Below, piece by piece: positions 23,673 to 36,861 of a DNA stretch of 64,000 nt. The stretch spans positions 124,001 through 188,000 of the forward strand of contig JAAILG010000028.1 of assembly GCA_012026655.1 (NCBI GenBank). The letters run 5' to 3'. Position 1 is the stretch's first letter; every line of letters starts with the position of its first letter. Position numbers and translations under genes: made by a program. The notes beneath the pieces were generated by a model, which was not told where the DNA came from, made no database searches, and saw only the letters and a list, made by a program, of their open reading frames with translations. Source of the stretch: Hydrolagus affinis. Taxonomy: Eukaryota.

Positions 23673-25258
23673 TATAATAAATCTATTATACATCAGGTCT
23701 GAAATTTCAACCAGTTTCTATCCATTTGGTTTCAACATTTGAGAAGGAGCAAAATCGTGGAGAGTTTTTAAACTGTCTTAATTTGGAAGCTGGTTTGCTT
23801 TAAGCGTGGCAGAAAAACGGATTCCAAATTAATTATCCCCATTCCTATGTGATCTTAAATTCAAAAACTAAATGGTTTCACATCTTAAGATGAGGTGGGA
23901 TTACTCATTCTGTGGTGTCTGCAGTCTTCAATTCCAAAAATGTTCAATAGCTAAACAAGGATATGCTAACCAAAAGAAAAAATTTGCGCCATTATTATCT
24001 ACCCAGTTTCGAGAACAGTTATATAGGTCCTAGTCGATTCCGATGGTGCTTTCTCCATTACTTCATTCAAGTTCAATATTTGAGGTAATCTAATCCGGAT
24101 CACTTCCACCATTCTAATATAGTAGGCAGAAGCCTTGGAAAAAAAAATCAAATGCAAACATTCCCCAGAGGATTAAAGAGGCTTTAAATAAATCAGTAGG
24201 TTAAAGTTCTCAACGCACCACAAGACAAAATTGTAGAGTAATAACAGGCATGCGGACCACTAGTAACAGTGACAGCAAAAGAAAGCTATTCGCTTGTTTG
24301 CTCCATTTGTTATATAACTATTTCAAGTTATAAATTAGATACTTGGTGGCTGACAAATATACACAGTCAATGCATTTTACAGAGAATACTGTGAAGGGCT
24401 TTGAGACGTCCTCTCTTATGTTAAAGACGCTATAATTCTGGAAAAAAAACTTGGTGGTTGTCCCGTGAATTGTAGTTTTCTGCGGAGAAAGGAATCTCTG
24501 ATTCTCGCTGCAAGTCTGTATCAAATCTGGATTGATGGTGTCTTCAAAGTGAACGGAAGAATATCCTGGATACAAACCCCCTAGATTGAGAACTAAATGG
24601 TGCACATTGGGCGTTTCAAAAAAATCATTAAGCGCTAGCTTGCGCTCAAGGCCCTGATGTGAATCTGCTGAGCTATCACATCATTCAATTACATAAATTT
24701 TTACATCAGATGACATTTTACATAAGGTTTCGCAGGATGGTGCATACATCCACAAACAAATACCAGCACATTAACGGTTAACCCTCCCCCCCCCCCGAGT
24801 AGGTTAATGTATTCTTTCTTGCCTTGAAAGCATCATTGCACATTTAATAGGACTGAGCTCCATTTACAGCTCCTCAGCATCAAGTATCTAAGACTAGTCT
24901 CTCAACTGAACATCTTTAACAGCAGTGCCCTGTTAAGCCAGTGCAGCGATAATACTTTGGGAGCTGGATTCACGGTTGTCCATTGAAAACGCCTCACAGA
25001 GAGAGAGGGAGAGGGAGAGGGAGAGAAAAAAAGACAATTGCAATGTCAGGTGGAGAAAGAGATGCAACTCCATATAGCCAAGGTTGCACACACAATAGAG
25101 CAGCGAGAGGAAGCGATTTAGTTGTTTTCACCACTGGTTGGTCATGAATTGGATACCATTGCCAGTTTCCATTAAAAAAAAACACGTTTGCGCGTTCCGT
25201 TTGGAAAGAAGTGAAGCCGATTAATTTTACACGGATAAGAGCGGTATTTTTGGGTGGG

Positions 25259-25319
25259 GCTGTGCATGTATGTTTGTGTGTGTGTGTATGTGTGTGTGTG
25301 CCTGTGTGTGTGCGCACAC
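25259..25319. repeat. Imperfect (GT)n microsatellite
   Basis: Visible directly; a (GA)/(GGGAGA) tract also lies at about 24997-25027. Confidence 0.85.
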
Positions 25320-26229
25320 GCAGTCATATATTATTCCATGTGTAGCCAACAGCAGGTCTGGAAACAAAATAGCGTTTGTTTTAAAATAAAGGTCCTTCTT
25401 TTTATTTTTTAAAAGAGAAACATAAATGCTGTGATGTGGATTATTTTCGGCTTCTGGTCTGTTGGCCTGGAGCCATAAAAAGCACTTAATTATGAGCACT
25501 AATTAAAAGATTCATCTAGCCATTCTCTTTACGCCATTCATTCCCTGTAATCCTGGGCCTGTGAACCAGATGGCAATTCTCAAGTGAAGCTTATTAGAGC
25601 CCTGGTTTGAGAGAGTATTTCTGCTACCTGCTCAGCAGGTTCCAACCAGGCAGCCTTCAAAAGATTAAAGTCTGTGAGTCCCAGGGCTCTTGCAATGATT
25701 GCGATGCCGCATTAAATGCATTCATTGGTTTGAAATGTCAAAATTTTTATTCAGGATGCGTTGTGTTCGCTAATTAAATAGCTAAAGGCCTCGAAAAGCA
25801 TTGCACACTTGCGCAGTTCGGCTCATCATTTAAGTCCAGTTGGTTTAAATATAGAACCGGGGAAATATCCTAAATAAATAGTTGTCGCATGTCTTCTCTT
25901 ATGCTATCGTCTGACGACTCACATTTACCACAACGCTCTTCATGTAAGGTAGTGTCTCGAAATATTTCAAGGTGACAGAGTTGGACAACGGGCAAGAGAT
26001 AGAGGGACCAAATGGGACATATTTTTAAGAGAGAAGAGGGATGTGACCTCAGACCAAACAAACCTGTCGTTTGACACAAATCACTTTGGTTAAAAAAAAT
26101 CCCAAATCTATTAACTCTTTTTTTTGCAGCGTCAATTTCCAAAAGGGATCTAACTTGCAGTATTTAACAGGTTTCCATAATTCCTGTACGTTTATGAGAT
26201 CCTCAATCCAGAAGTACAGTAATACAGTA

Positions 26230-26400
26230 GTAACAATCTTTAGGTCTTACATAGCACCTTATCACATCATCAAGATGTCTCAAGGCCGAGGTGGATTGTA
26301 AAGATTACTCGTGATCTTATGGAATGACAGAACAGACTCGAGGGGCTGAATGGCACCATGCCTCAAGGCACTTCACAGGAATCCCTGTAGATGAGTTCAG
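26230..26400 (-). mobile_element. SINE tail interrupted by a short CR1 3'-end fragment (+, 26287-26357)
   Basis: Insert 'gtgatcttatggaatgacagaacagactcgaggggctgaatggc' is the complement of the CR1 end at 42819-42905; flanked by atg(t/c)ctcaaggc. Confidence 0.75.
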
Positions 26401-26959
26401 CAACATGGCAAACCACAGTATCCCATCCCATGGTCTCTGGAAGCCAGTGTGATGACATACTTTGGATTACTGGAAGGAACTTTGTCAAACGGACCAGCTT
26501 AAGAATTGCCGCATTATAGATTTTCAATGTCCTTTATCGTACACGCAAACATACCCCAAAAAAGATGCTCAGCACACCATTGCAATAAAACATGGGAAAT
26601 TGATTTAAAAGGACAGCCCCATAAAAATATAATTTCTAAATGAGAACAAATAACACCAAACTGACAGTTTTAATCACATCAGCAGATAAATCGTTGGATA
26701 TTTAAGAGACCGAGAAATCAGAGTGGAGTGAGATCCACTGGTGGGATGTGAGAGGAGCGACGAAAACAATGATTTCTTTATGATGCAGTAATAACTTTTA
26801 TCTTCCACATGGCAGTGATGGAGCTTGTGAGCTGCATGCTGATGCACAGTGTTTTGGCAAGAGATTATGGACATTTTAATACACACAAAAGAAACCCTGA
26901 AGATTATGCGAAGGTGAAGAAGGCTGCGTTTTAGAGCTCAAGAAAGGCTCTTTCTAATA

Positions 26960-27545
26960 AGTAATACAATAATCTTTATATTTGGCCTTGTATCTTTCAC
27001 ATCGAGAGGACATCCCAAAGCACTTTACAGGATGTACTGTATTGTGATTGTGTGTTTTATGGGTGATGAGTAAGAATTGTGTTTTACAAAAAGGCAGATT
27101 TTATATTCTAAAGAAATAAACAGAAAGGTTTGGTTACTAGCTCCCCAAATAATAATCCTTGCATTTGATATAGCGCTTTTCACGTCTCAAAGCGCCTCCT
27201 AGAATATACTATAAAGTGAATTGACTGTATATTTGTAGGCGAAACGGTAAGACATCAACACAATGAGCTAAATATTGATCCTATTTGGTTGTTTAACTTT
27301 ATTAAGTGCCTTGGGACATCCTGCTGAAGTGAAAGGCACTCTATAAATGCAATTTTGTTTGTTTGTTGTTTATTCCCCCTCCTTCCCCATTTTCAAGTCG
27401 TGCCTGAAGCCCTTCCCCTTCGATCTTGCCTGTAGTCATCTCTCCCATTCCCCCAGACTCAGCATTGTGCTCTGCCACTGTCAAGCGCTCTGGGACGCTG
27501 CCCTGTGTGAGTGGAGCTAGATAAATGCAAATTGTTGTTGTTGTA
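26960..27545. mobile_element. Cluster: two SINE tails (-, about 26960-27065 and 27148-27245) and two L2 3' ends (+, about 27300-27370 and 27375-27545)
   Basis: 'aataataatccttgcatttgatatagcgcttttcacgtctcaaagcgc'; 'gccttgggacatcctgctgaagtgaaaggcactctataaatgcaattttgtt'; 'aagcgctctgggacgctgccctgtgtgagtggagctagataaatgcaaattgttgttg'. Confidence 0.75.
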
Positions 27546-27919
27546 TTTGACAGCTCTTCTTCCTCGCTTAAGCCCAGGTTCGCGCTTGATCTAAGGTATT
27601 ACCTCAAGTCCGGAATTCAACCAGAGTCAGTTCCCGAGAACATCCAGCTTTTAAAACACATCCTGAAGGAAAATGTTGTGTAAAACGGTCGACAGCTCAT
27701 AAGTTATATCTTTACAGATCGCCATAATCATTCCATGAATTATTGAAAAGGAGACTTAATCGTTTTTTTTTAACATCTTCCTTATTACCCGCCAATGAAG
27801 CTTGTCACTGAATTAGTTGACGGGTGGAATTATCGCAACGTCCCAGAGAATGGAAAACCGCTCAAGCACTTAAATGATTTGAGAGGAACGCTGAGAGGAA
27901 GTTAAGCAGCAAAGGGCCC

Positions 27920-28086
27920 TTCGTTCAATGTCTCATCTGAAGAATGACACCTCTGACACTGCAATAGTTTCCACCCCACCAACCCGAACCTCCCCCACCT
28001 ACCCCCTGCCAGCACTGTATGGTTGAGTGTCAGCTAGACTCTGAGCTCAAAGTGCCCATTACCATCCGAATGCTACCAACTGAACA
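27920..28086 (-). mobile_element. Family C Deu-SINE 5' fragment
   Basis: 'caatgtctcatctgaagaatgacacctctgacactgca...gagtgtcagctagact...tgctaccaactga'. Confidence 0.6.
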
Positions 28087-28780
28087 GGCCAAGAATTGTG
28101 TATTAATATGATACGTCTCCTTTAAATATTTTCTCAATCAACCGGCGGACTGAAAATATCCATCTGCCGCATTCCTTATAAGGCACCTGATTAAATCTTG
28201 AAGCAACAGCTATTTGCTTAGTGAGCGAAACGCTTCGCCTCACCAGGCAAGGTGTAACTGTTAATATGACACGTGCAACCGAAATAGTTTTGGGACAACT
28301 GTGCGCAATTGGCTGCCGTGTTTCCCCACAAAATACAGTCAATCCACTTTACAGGATGTATCCTGTTGAGATGTCTTAATGATGTGATAAGGTACTATAT
28401 CAAATTATTCTTATTATTATAAAATACAAATAGCCTGATATTGTGTAAAGTTGGGGGGGTGGGTGGGGGGGTGTTTAGGAACAAAAATCCCAAATGCCAA
28501 TTAGGGATTAGTAGAAAGGTTATTTTATTTCAATCAGATCTTTCTGGTTCTGATATCTGAGGGTATTTAATAAAAAGAAATAAAAGAACAACATGGCCCC
28601 TTAAAAAATCTAGGCATTGTTGATGGATGAAGTAAGTCAGGATTAGTGTAGAAAATATTCCCAAACCACATTATTCCTTATTGGAATTACATATAAAAAC
28701 AAGTCCTGAAGTACCCAGCTGTGATTTACAGAAAGCAGCTTTGTTATCATTGTTCTTCTACAATGTTTATGCCATCGTGC

Positions 28781-29370
28781 AATCCTGTTGCATATTGGTT
28801 AGAGCTCTCACAATTGAGAGGACCCGGGTTTGATTCCCAGGCAGCGCAAAACCTTAGGCAAGTTTCCTTCCTCCACTCACCTTTATATAATAATAATCTT
28901 TGCATTTGATATAGCGCTTTTCACATCTTCTAGACGTCTCAAAGCGCTTCACAGAATATACCGTAAAGTGAATTGACTGTATATTTGTGGATGAAACGCG
29001 ACAGCCAATTGCGCATGGGAACGTCCGACACACAGTCGTGGAGTAAAATGACTAATTTATTATTGAGTTTGTTTTAGGGATTATTATTAGGCGTGTGGAG
29101 TAAGGAAACTTGCCCTTTATCCAGCAGTAAGTAGGAACCTTGTTGTTCGCCGATTGGTAGATAGCAAACTTGGGGCTAGTAATTCCTCAAAAATAATAAG
29201 AATAAGAATAATTTGGTCGCTCAATCCACAACTGTTTGTGGGTCATGCTGTGGGCAATGCGTTGCCGCATTTCGCCCACAAAGTATACAGTCAATTTAAT
29301 TTATGGCATACTCCTTGAGGTGCTTTGTGATGTCTCAACGACATGGTAAGATGCTATATCAAATGCAACG
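28781..29370 (+). mobile_element. Family B SINE, full length, host of a nested family A copy
   Basis: Head 'tcctgttgcatattggttagagc...ggtttgattcccagg...ccttaggcaagtttcc'; resumes at 29114 'cctttatccagcagtaagtaggaacc' and runs to the tail 'gctatatcaaatgcaa'. Confidence 0.85.
28887..29113 (-). mobile_element. Family A SINE, 5'-truncated, nested, with 7-bp TSD
   Basis: Flanked by 'cctttat' at 28880-28886 and 29114-29120. Confidence 0.9.
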
Positions 29371-31769
29371 GTTTTAGGAAGGTGTGCTAATGTGATTGAA
29401 GGGACAGCCTGCTCTGGGAGCAAAATGATGAGTATCAGGTATCCATTTGACGTTAGGAAACATCTCAACTAAGTCTGATTGTATCCTTACCTAAAGCCTG
29501 AAATTTCATCTAATCTTACAACCACAACATGCATCAATATAGCTTTCTTAAAGTGGGATAGCATCTCGGAATGCTGACACTCTCAACCCCAATTTCACCT
29601 ACAAAATATACAGTCAATTCACTTTACAATATATTCCGTGATGTGCCTTGAGAGCTCTTGTGTTAGACCTGGTTAGAGCAAATTCACTTTGCACGGTAGT
29701 GTTCAATTACCAGCCCAGATTCCTCACAATAAAAGAAAACAGGAGATTCGCCGTATACAGTATGATATGATCCTCGCATTGCCAGCTCAGGTTGATTCAA
29801 GGAGGTGGGAACTTTAGTACAAGAATCGGATGGCAGCAGAGGTAAATAGTCGAACCGGTTAACACTTCGCTCTTCATTATATCGCAAGGCTACTGCAAAC
29901 CTGTAGCGAATGTGGGCCGTAACCGCAGCCAAAATGGCAAACATCAGAGTATCTGAAGTTCAAAGTATTTTAGTGAGGCCAATCAGTAGAATCGATGTTC
30001 AACTCGGATACTCTGTCAGATGGCCTTATGTCTCCTGTTCCATCGCTGTGCTCCCAGCAACCAGGAGACTGAAATTTGTGAATCGTCTGTCATTACAGCT
30101 GCCTCCTATTGCATCCTATGCGGAAAAAAAAGCTCCTATTTCCTCTCTGTTGGTAACACCTCTATGTGGCTTCTGGTTCTGCAAAAGCCACTTTGCGTTG
30201 GTCTGACGTTCAGCCGTTCAGTTTTTCCCACAGAGTGAAGGGGAAATGCCAAACTTTAACTGTGAAATGATGGGGAGTCGAGTGCAAGTACAGTTGATGT
30301 TTTCAAGATGTCAATCGATACAAGCTCTCCGAAAACTAAGACACACCCCAGAGGTAATAAGAGTGCAATCTTTCTCATAGCACCACTGAAATCCTCGCAT
30401 GGTACAAATTATGTAGCGCAGGATTCTGCACTGCACATTGCACCACAGAAGTTCGCAAAGCTGTGCTATTTACAAACTAGAGCGTACAATTATGTAACGC
30501 TGCATGTTTAATGCAAAGTGCCCCAGTTGGGAAGGAACGATTGTGTTTTCAAGCTTTCAGAAAACTCCAGCAGTCTGGCGGCAAAAAAAATGCCAGAGTT
30601 TACAACTCCAAAACGCGTCTGCTACCTTACTGACTGAGCCTCTGAAACCAGCTTTACTAGGCTTAATGTAGGGAAGAAACGGGCCAGTGTTCAGTCATTT
30701 TGTAACCTCCTGAGTGTCACATGCATCTCATAAATAATTATCGCCACAAGTAACTTAATTAGCTAACAAGCAAAGCGGAGCTCAAGGTAATAATTAACTG
30801 GGCTATCAGCCCCTGTAGTAAAATTAAATCTTTTTGTGTTAGAAAAACAGAATGGCTATTAATATTCCTCATGAACATAACAGTTTTTGTTCCACTATCA
30901 ATAAGAATATTAATAGAATAAGCCCTGTGCCAGCGTAGAGATCGCTCATATGGTACTGGATCCGATTACCATCAGTCAAGGGATATATTTCAGACTGATG
31001 ATTCTTCCAAGTCTGATTCAATTCGGTCAGAATTCTTTCGTGTTAAACCCTGCAGTATATAACGGGATTGACTTGTGCATTTCGCCCACAAAATACACAG
31101 TCGATCCACTTTACAATATATTCTGTGAAGCTCTTTGAGATGTCTCAATGACACGATAAAGCACTACGTTAAATTCAAGGGGTATTATCATTATTAGGAT
31201 TATTACTATTATAATTTCAGCATGTTTTGCGGTCATTCGCAACTTCAACTAACGTATAAATTGTGTCTGAGTCAGAAGGTTGTCAGAAGGTTCGGGCACA
31301 GTTCGGTCTGACCCTCCAATGCAGTGCTGGTTAAGCGTAATATTATTATACTACACAACATTCTGGCTGCAGAAATTGAGGCAAATCTCTTTGTTGCCGA
31401 GTTTTTTTTTTCTAGAGACAAATATTCTGTTCCAATAATAGCAGGGAACAAAATAAGTTGTTCGTTGTCAGCACCCAAATTAATCTGTTGTCACCTTGTT
31501 TTCCTGACTTACTTCCTCACGCATGACAGCGTTACACCATATAAGGAGATCAATGTAAGCAGCCCAAATTACCTATCAGATGAGAAAGGCAACTTGATGA
31601 TTGAGCTACTTTTAAGCAATTCTGCTTGTGACGGCAAATCTGAGAGAATAAATGACTTCAAAGCTTTGCCGATGAATACAATTTGTCTTTGTTTGTCTTA
31701 AAAAGGCATCCCTTGTTATAAATGATATAACATTTATTAGGTTGTATCACAGTGTAAATAAATACAGTA

Positions 31770-32200
31770 AATAAATAATCCTTGCATTTGATATAGCGCT
31801 TTTCATGTCTTCGAGATGCCTCAAAGCGCTTCACGGAATAAACGGTAAAGTGAATTGATTGTACATATGTGGGCGAAACGTGGCACCCAATTGTGCACAA
31901 CAGTGTCTCACAACCTGTCGTGGATTAAAACGACCAATTTATTATTAGGTCGTTAGTCAATGGGCTGATCGCTTTTCCGGGGATAATAATTCCTTAAAAA
32001 AATTTGTTCACTCAACAACAACAACAACAAATTACACTTATAGAGCGCCTTTCACGTCGGGAGGACGTCTGATTGTTTATGGGATACTTCTGTGCAAAAA
32101 TACACTGACTATTCACTTGACACCATATTCTGTGAAGCGCTTTGAGACGTCTTGAAAATGCGGTAAGGCACTATAACAAATGCAAGGATTATTATTATAC
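31770..32200. mobile_element. Family A 3' half (-, 31770-31947) abutting a family B fragment (+, 31948-32200) that contains an L2 tail (-, 32013-32069)
   Basis: Recognisable tails of each family; L2 tail 'caacaacaacaacaaattacacttatagagcgcctttcacgtcgggaggacgtc'. Confidence 0.8.
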
Positions 32201-32966
32201 TATAAATACCTTGCTTACAGTCACCATGTTTACAGTCATCTCCTTCCTATCCTTCTACCTCATCTCCTACCTTGTTTGCACTCCAACCCGGGTGTCTCTA
32301 AAGCGTTTAGAGACACTTGACTAAATGTGTAGGTTTGTGTATTGTATTATTCCATTGTGTAAGTTCAAGTTATTGTTGTCTATAATTACCTACACGTCCA
32401 TTTACTTAAGTTTTAAATAAACCGGTTGGAAATCCCCTCGCCTGCCTGAACCAAGTAACAATAAGAACTCTTCATTAACTAAATAAAACGGTGGTAAAGC
32501 GTGACGTTACTTGCAGCTGCCGATGGAATTTGTGAATAATTTCATGTCTTTTGTGTAATACTGTACCTTTGGTTAGAACTTTGAGGGCAAACAGAGGCGT
32601 TCACAGACACAAACAAATCTGTTGTCAGGAGAGTGGTGTAGAGGTTTAAAAAATCTGAACACATTTGAACAGTTAAGTTGCACTTTGCTGCCAAATGTAA
32701 ATGGGGTTTGAGTTAACATTGTACGAGCTAGCACTACTCTCCCGACCTACTCCCCGCACCCCCCCCCCACCCCACCACCCCCCCCGCCAAACCCTCTCCC
32801 CTCCGGGGTGCCTCACACAATGTGGAGGTGGCTTCATTACAATTTGCACCCACTCCACTGTAAATATAACACGTGCCAATTGGAATGGACTCACTTCCTA
32901 TGGTCCTTCGAGAGCTCTCACGCTGTGCGATCTTCAACAGACCACTTTTGCAATGTTTTGTGCACT

Positions 32967-33018
32967 AGAAACATAGAAATGTACAACAAAGAAAGAGGCC
33001 ATTCGGCACATCGAGTCC
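32967..33018 (-). mobile_element. CR1-type 3' tail
   Basis: 'agaaacatagaaatgtacaacaaagaaagaggccattcggcacatcgagtcc'. Confidence 0.65.
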
Positions 33019-33089
33019 CCACCATCTCCCAGAGCACGGTGTTCGGTGAGTCCCAATATCCTGTCCTGTCCCCGCACCCCTCCACACAT

Positions 33090-33248
33090 TTATTCTTCAT
33101 CGTCCAAGACTGCTTCTGGCACACTGGTACCCAATTGGGTGTCGCATTTCGCCCAGATAACTCCCTTTATAGTATATTCTGCAAAGCGCTTTGAGACAGT
33201 CTCAATTACATGATAAGGCGCTATATCAAATGCAAGTATTAATATCAT
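33090..33248 (+). mobile_element. SINE 3' fragment
   Basis: 'aagcgctttgagacagtctcaattacatgataaggcgctatatcaaatgcaag'. Confidence 0.75.
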
Positions 33249-34109
33249 TACATGCATTTTGAAACTGACATTGGACTCTGCTTCTACCACCTTACGTGGG
33301 CAGGGCTTTGTACGTCCCAACAATTATCTGTGTATTGAAAAATAATTGGCCAAAGCTCTCTGTACGAGGTGTGACAGGCTCTCTAATAACATCTCATCAA
33401 TTGATATCACCAGCTTTCACGATCGGGGAACATCTCAGAGCTGTTCACAAGATTCACTGTAAAGTAGTCTTGCTATGCCTTTTTGCAGCATAAATTCTGT
33501 CCCTATCACTGAATGGCGCATGAAAGTTGCAGTACTTCACGCCAGAGCAGTTTCTATCCTATCAGTCACTGGAGTGAATCCAGCTGCTGCAGATGCAACC
33601 ATTTAACTGAGAGGAATGAAAGGGTTTAGCGCTGATGTATGTATTCATGTAGATAAGGGGCAATACATGGGGATTTTGCTGAGTAGTTGGACACTTTCCA
33701 AAAATTTTCCTGCAAGAACTCCCCTAAAGAAAGCGAGCGTTTGACACAGTTTAAATTGAGATTATCAAACGGAGTAACCCATAGGAAATCCAGCCGAATT
33801 ATTCTAAAAGCATTTTCTTTTCTTAATAGGATAAGTAGTTAAATGCTCCACTTTCCACGGGAATAGGGAGCGCGATAGCCATCTAAAAACCTGATCACCG
33901 CAGCTGCATGCACAGTGAACAAAGTCGTTTCCAGATTGCTTCGCAGAATGTGTTATTGATCATAAGCAGTTACATAATCATGCGAATGGAGTAAGTACCA
34001 TAGCATGTCTGGGTGAGATATTATTACAGTGGAACTATGATTAATAACATTGTTACTCGGGTTTGATTCAGCACCTCTGAAATCAAAACACCTGAAAGCA
34101 TTTTCTGTA

Positions 34110-34322
34110 CAATAATAATCCCTCAAGAAAAAAAAACCCAAGAAAAAAATTGGTGATTTCCATCCACAACTGTTTGTGGGACACTGCTGTGCGCAATCGG
34201 CTGTTGCAGTTTGCCCACAAACATACAGTCAATTCACTTGACAGTATATACTGTGAAGCACTTTGAGACTTCTAGAAGATAAGAAAAACGCTGTATCACA
34301 TGCAAGCATTATTATTATTTAT
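34110..34322 (+). mobile_element. Family A SINE 3' portion
   Basis: 'aataataatccctc...tccacaactgtttgtgggacactgctgtgcgcaatcggctg...atgcaagcattattatt'. Confidence 0.85.
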
Positions 34323-34329
34323 TTGTAGG

Positions 34330-34500
34330 CCGCCAATTTGCGCAGGCCAATATCACGCAAACAGCATTGAAAGTAATTGACCAATTCTGTCTGGGGCAAG
34401 TGTTGGTTTAGGACGGACACTGGGAGAAACATCCTTCTTCAAATAATTTCAAGGGATCTTTAACATCCACCTGAACGGGCAAATCTTTGTAGGATCCAAA
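34330..34500 (-). mobile_element. Family C Deu-SINE internal fragment
   Basis: 'ggacactgggagaaacatccttcttcaaataatttcaagggatctttaacatccacctgaacgggca'. Confidence 0.7.
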
Positions 34501-36576
34501 CGCAAGGAACGCGCTCTCTGAATCGTCACCAATTCTAAGCGTAGAAGCGAAATATGCGAATGGCAGATATACAAATGGAACCTGGACTTTCATTAGCTCA
34601 TTTGGTTAAAATAAACTGTGCCTCTAACCTGCATATTACCCTGCACTTCAGAGGGTTGTGCTAGGCTCCCACATCGACAACTGCTCACTCACTCCCACGC
34701 ATCAACTTGCCCACAAGTCATTGATTCACACATGGGACGATACAATCTTAGCCACTTCCACTTTAACAAGAACTGAACTGTTTACTGAATAAAGATGCTT
34801 GAGTCTTTCAACCATCTGCAGGGACATTGCACGTATACAACTGATCCTCAAAACAAACCGCATTGGGGGCGGAGCAAAGTTTTGTAAATAGAGAACAAAG
34901 TTAGGTTAACACCTCGTGTAAAATTGATGAGTTCAATTCAAACACATACGTCCTTCGTGTGAACCTGATGTTTTAAGAAATTAACTTTGGCTTCTACTGG
35001 GATGAAAATGATCCCATGGCACCCAGTTAGCAGGCCTGGCCCAGTATGAAACTGGGGCATGCATAACAGGAACTTTTCCTGGTTAAATTAGCTCAATCGA
35101 GGCAGGGCAGCAAACGTGTTGCTTAATCGACTTGGTTCTCTCTAGTGTTTCCCAGTTGGAAAGTGCGTGGTTAGTCCATATGACGGGAACCCAATGGGTC
35201 TTTTTGTTCTGGTGTCCTCCCACCTTACTTACACTGTATTTTTGAAATTCCTAAAAAAAATTGGTCACTCAATCCACGACTGTTTGCGCGGAAGTGGCTG
35301 CGTTTTGAGACATCTCAACCACATGATGAAGCACTATGTGAAATGCAGGTATTATTATTGTATCATTGGTATCATTGTTATTATAAAAGTCCAGCAACAA
35401 ACATTCCCAAAATCAGCGAGTAACTCAATCTGCTATGATGGTACCTACCTTACTGCCGGTTAAGAAACATGTGGCGGCTGATAGCAGTCCAAATGCACAA
35501 ATTTTAATCAGTTTGGGATTTTGCTGATCGTGCAAGATAAATCAGTATTGTAGGCAATTGTGGCTTTCCCAGTTGCATTCCACCCAGTCACTAATCATAG
35601 AAAATCATTCAAGAGGTGAAATGGGTTTGAATGTAGAACAGTGAACCCGTAACTGGCTTTATTTCAGTTTTGATACACGTCCAAAGAGAGAGAGTCAGAG
35701 AGGCAGAGTTGCATGAGGTTGAACTGTAAGATCAAAAGTAGATAGCTTTGACTTTTGACACTCTCAACATGCTAAAATAAAACGCCATATTTCATTGAAA
35801 CGTTCAAAGCAACTTCAAAGCATTTTTTTTTACTGGAAAGTGACTATATTTTGCAGGCAAACACACCAGCCAATTCACACATCTCAATTTCCCAGAAAAC
35901 TCCAGGGAATGATAATTTTTATCTGGAAGATTGTTATCCAGGACACCTGGCAGTGGAGAAACTTACTTCTCTGAGGTCTGTAAAGAGAAAGATCGAGAGA
36001 GAGAGAGAGAGAGAGACAGGAAGGAAAAAAATCTACTCTAAAATGATTCAGTTCAAATTGCAATCTTCACCGCATTTAATTTTTTTAAATGACCATTTCC
36101 CATTGGGCTTTTGTCTACCCTCATGCCAATAGAGTCTGGGCATTTGATTTAAATGTATTTGACTTGATAATGTCCTTTCCATTTCGTTAGTGCGCTCGCT
36201 GCTTTGATAATTGATGAATATTAACTGAGCTGATTTCCGAGCACAACTTGATGAAATGGGTAACCATTATTCACTCAATGCTTTCTTCACTATTAAACTC
36301 TTTTATGTTAATTGATCTTCCCATGTACAGTTAATTGCTGCACATTAATAACCTGCAGAACAGCTGTTTCAGTTATCTGCTTCCATTGATTTGCGAGATA
36401 ATAATTGTTTTTTAAAAACATACCATTTATTGTTCGAACAATTGATTGTTAAAATTAGTCATTGCATGAAACTAGCATGGTCTCGAGCTCAGTTCTGAAC
36501 TCAATGAACTGGGAGTCAGCAAGCGGTAAACCTTGTGTGATATTAGAAAACTTCAACGCATCAATTTCCTCCTAAG

Positions 36577-36861
36577 ATAATAATAATAATGATCCTTGAA
36601 TTTGATTTAACACTTTTCACGTCTTCCAGACGTCTCAAAGTGCGCCACAGAATATACTGTAAAGTGAATTGCCGTATATTTTGTGGGCGAAATGCGGCAG
36701 CCAATTGCGCACAGCAGCGTCCCATAAATAGTATGAATCTTGCAACACCCCCTCAGCACTGTATTGGAGCTAGAGCGCAGACTGTAGCGTGCCTATCACA
36801 GGCTTGAACCCACTACCTTCAAACTCTGAGATGACACTGCTTCCGACCGTGCCAACTAACA
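36577..36861 (-). mobile_element. Family A 3' part (36577-36730) followed by a family C head (36745-36861)
   Basis: Reverse tail, then 'cctcagcactgtattggag...ggcttgaacccactaccttcaaactctgag'. Confidence 0.75.

Noticed and set aside
25597-25611. Exact 15-mer 'gagccctggtttgag' repeated at 63104-63118
   Set aside because: A few exact 15-mer matches are expected by chance in 64 kb, and the flanks are unrelated.
29660-30240. Repeat-free stretch with overlapping 70-100 aa ORFs as a coding exon
   Set aside because: No recognisable domain in any listed frame and no convincing splice-site pair.
35150-35200. Faint 5S rRNA-like motif 'tggttagtc...gggaaccc'
   Set aside because: Similarity is too short and weak to support a 5S gene or a SINE3 head.
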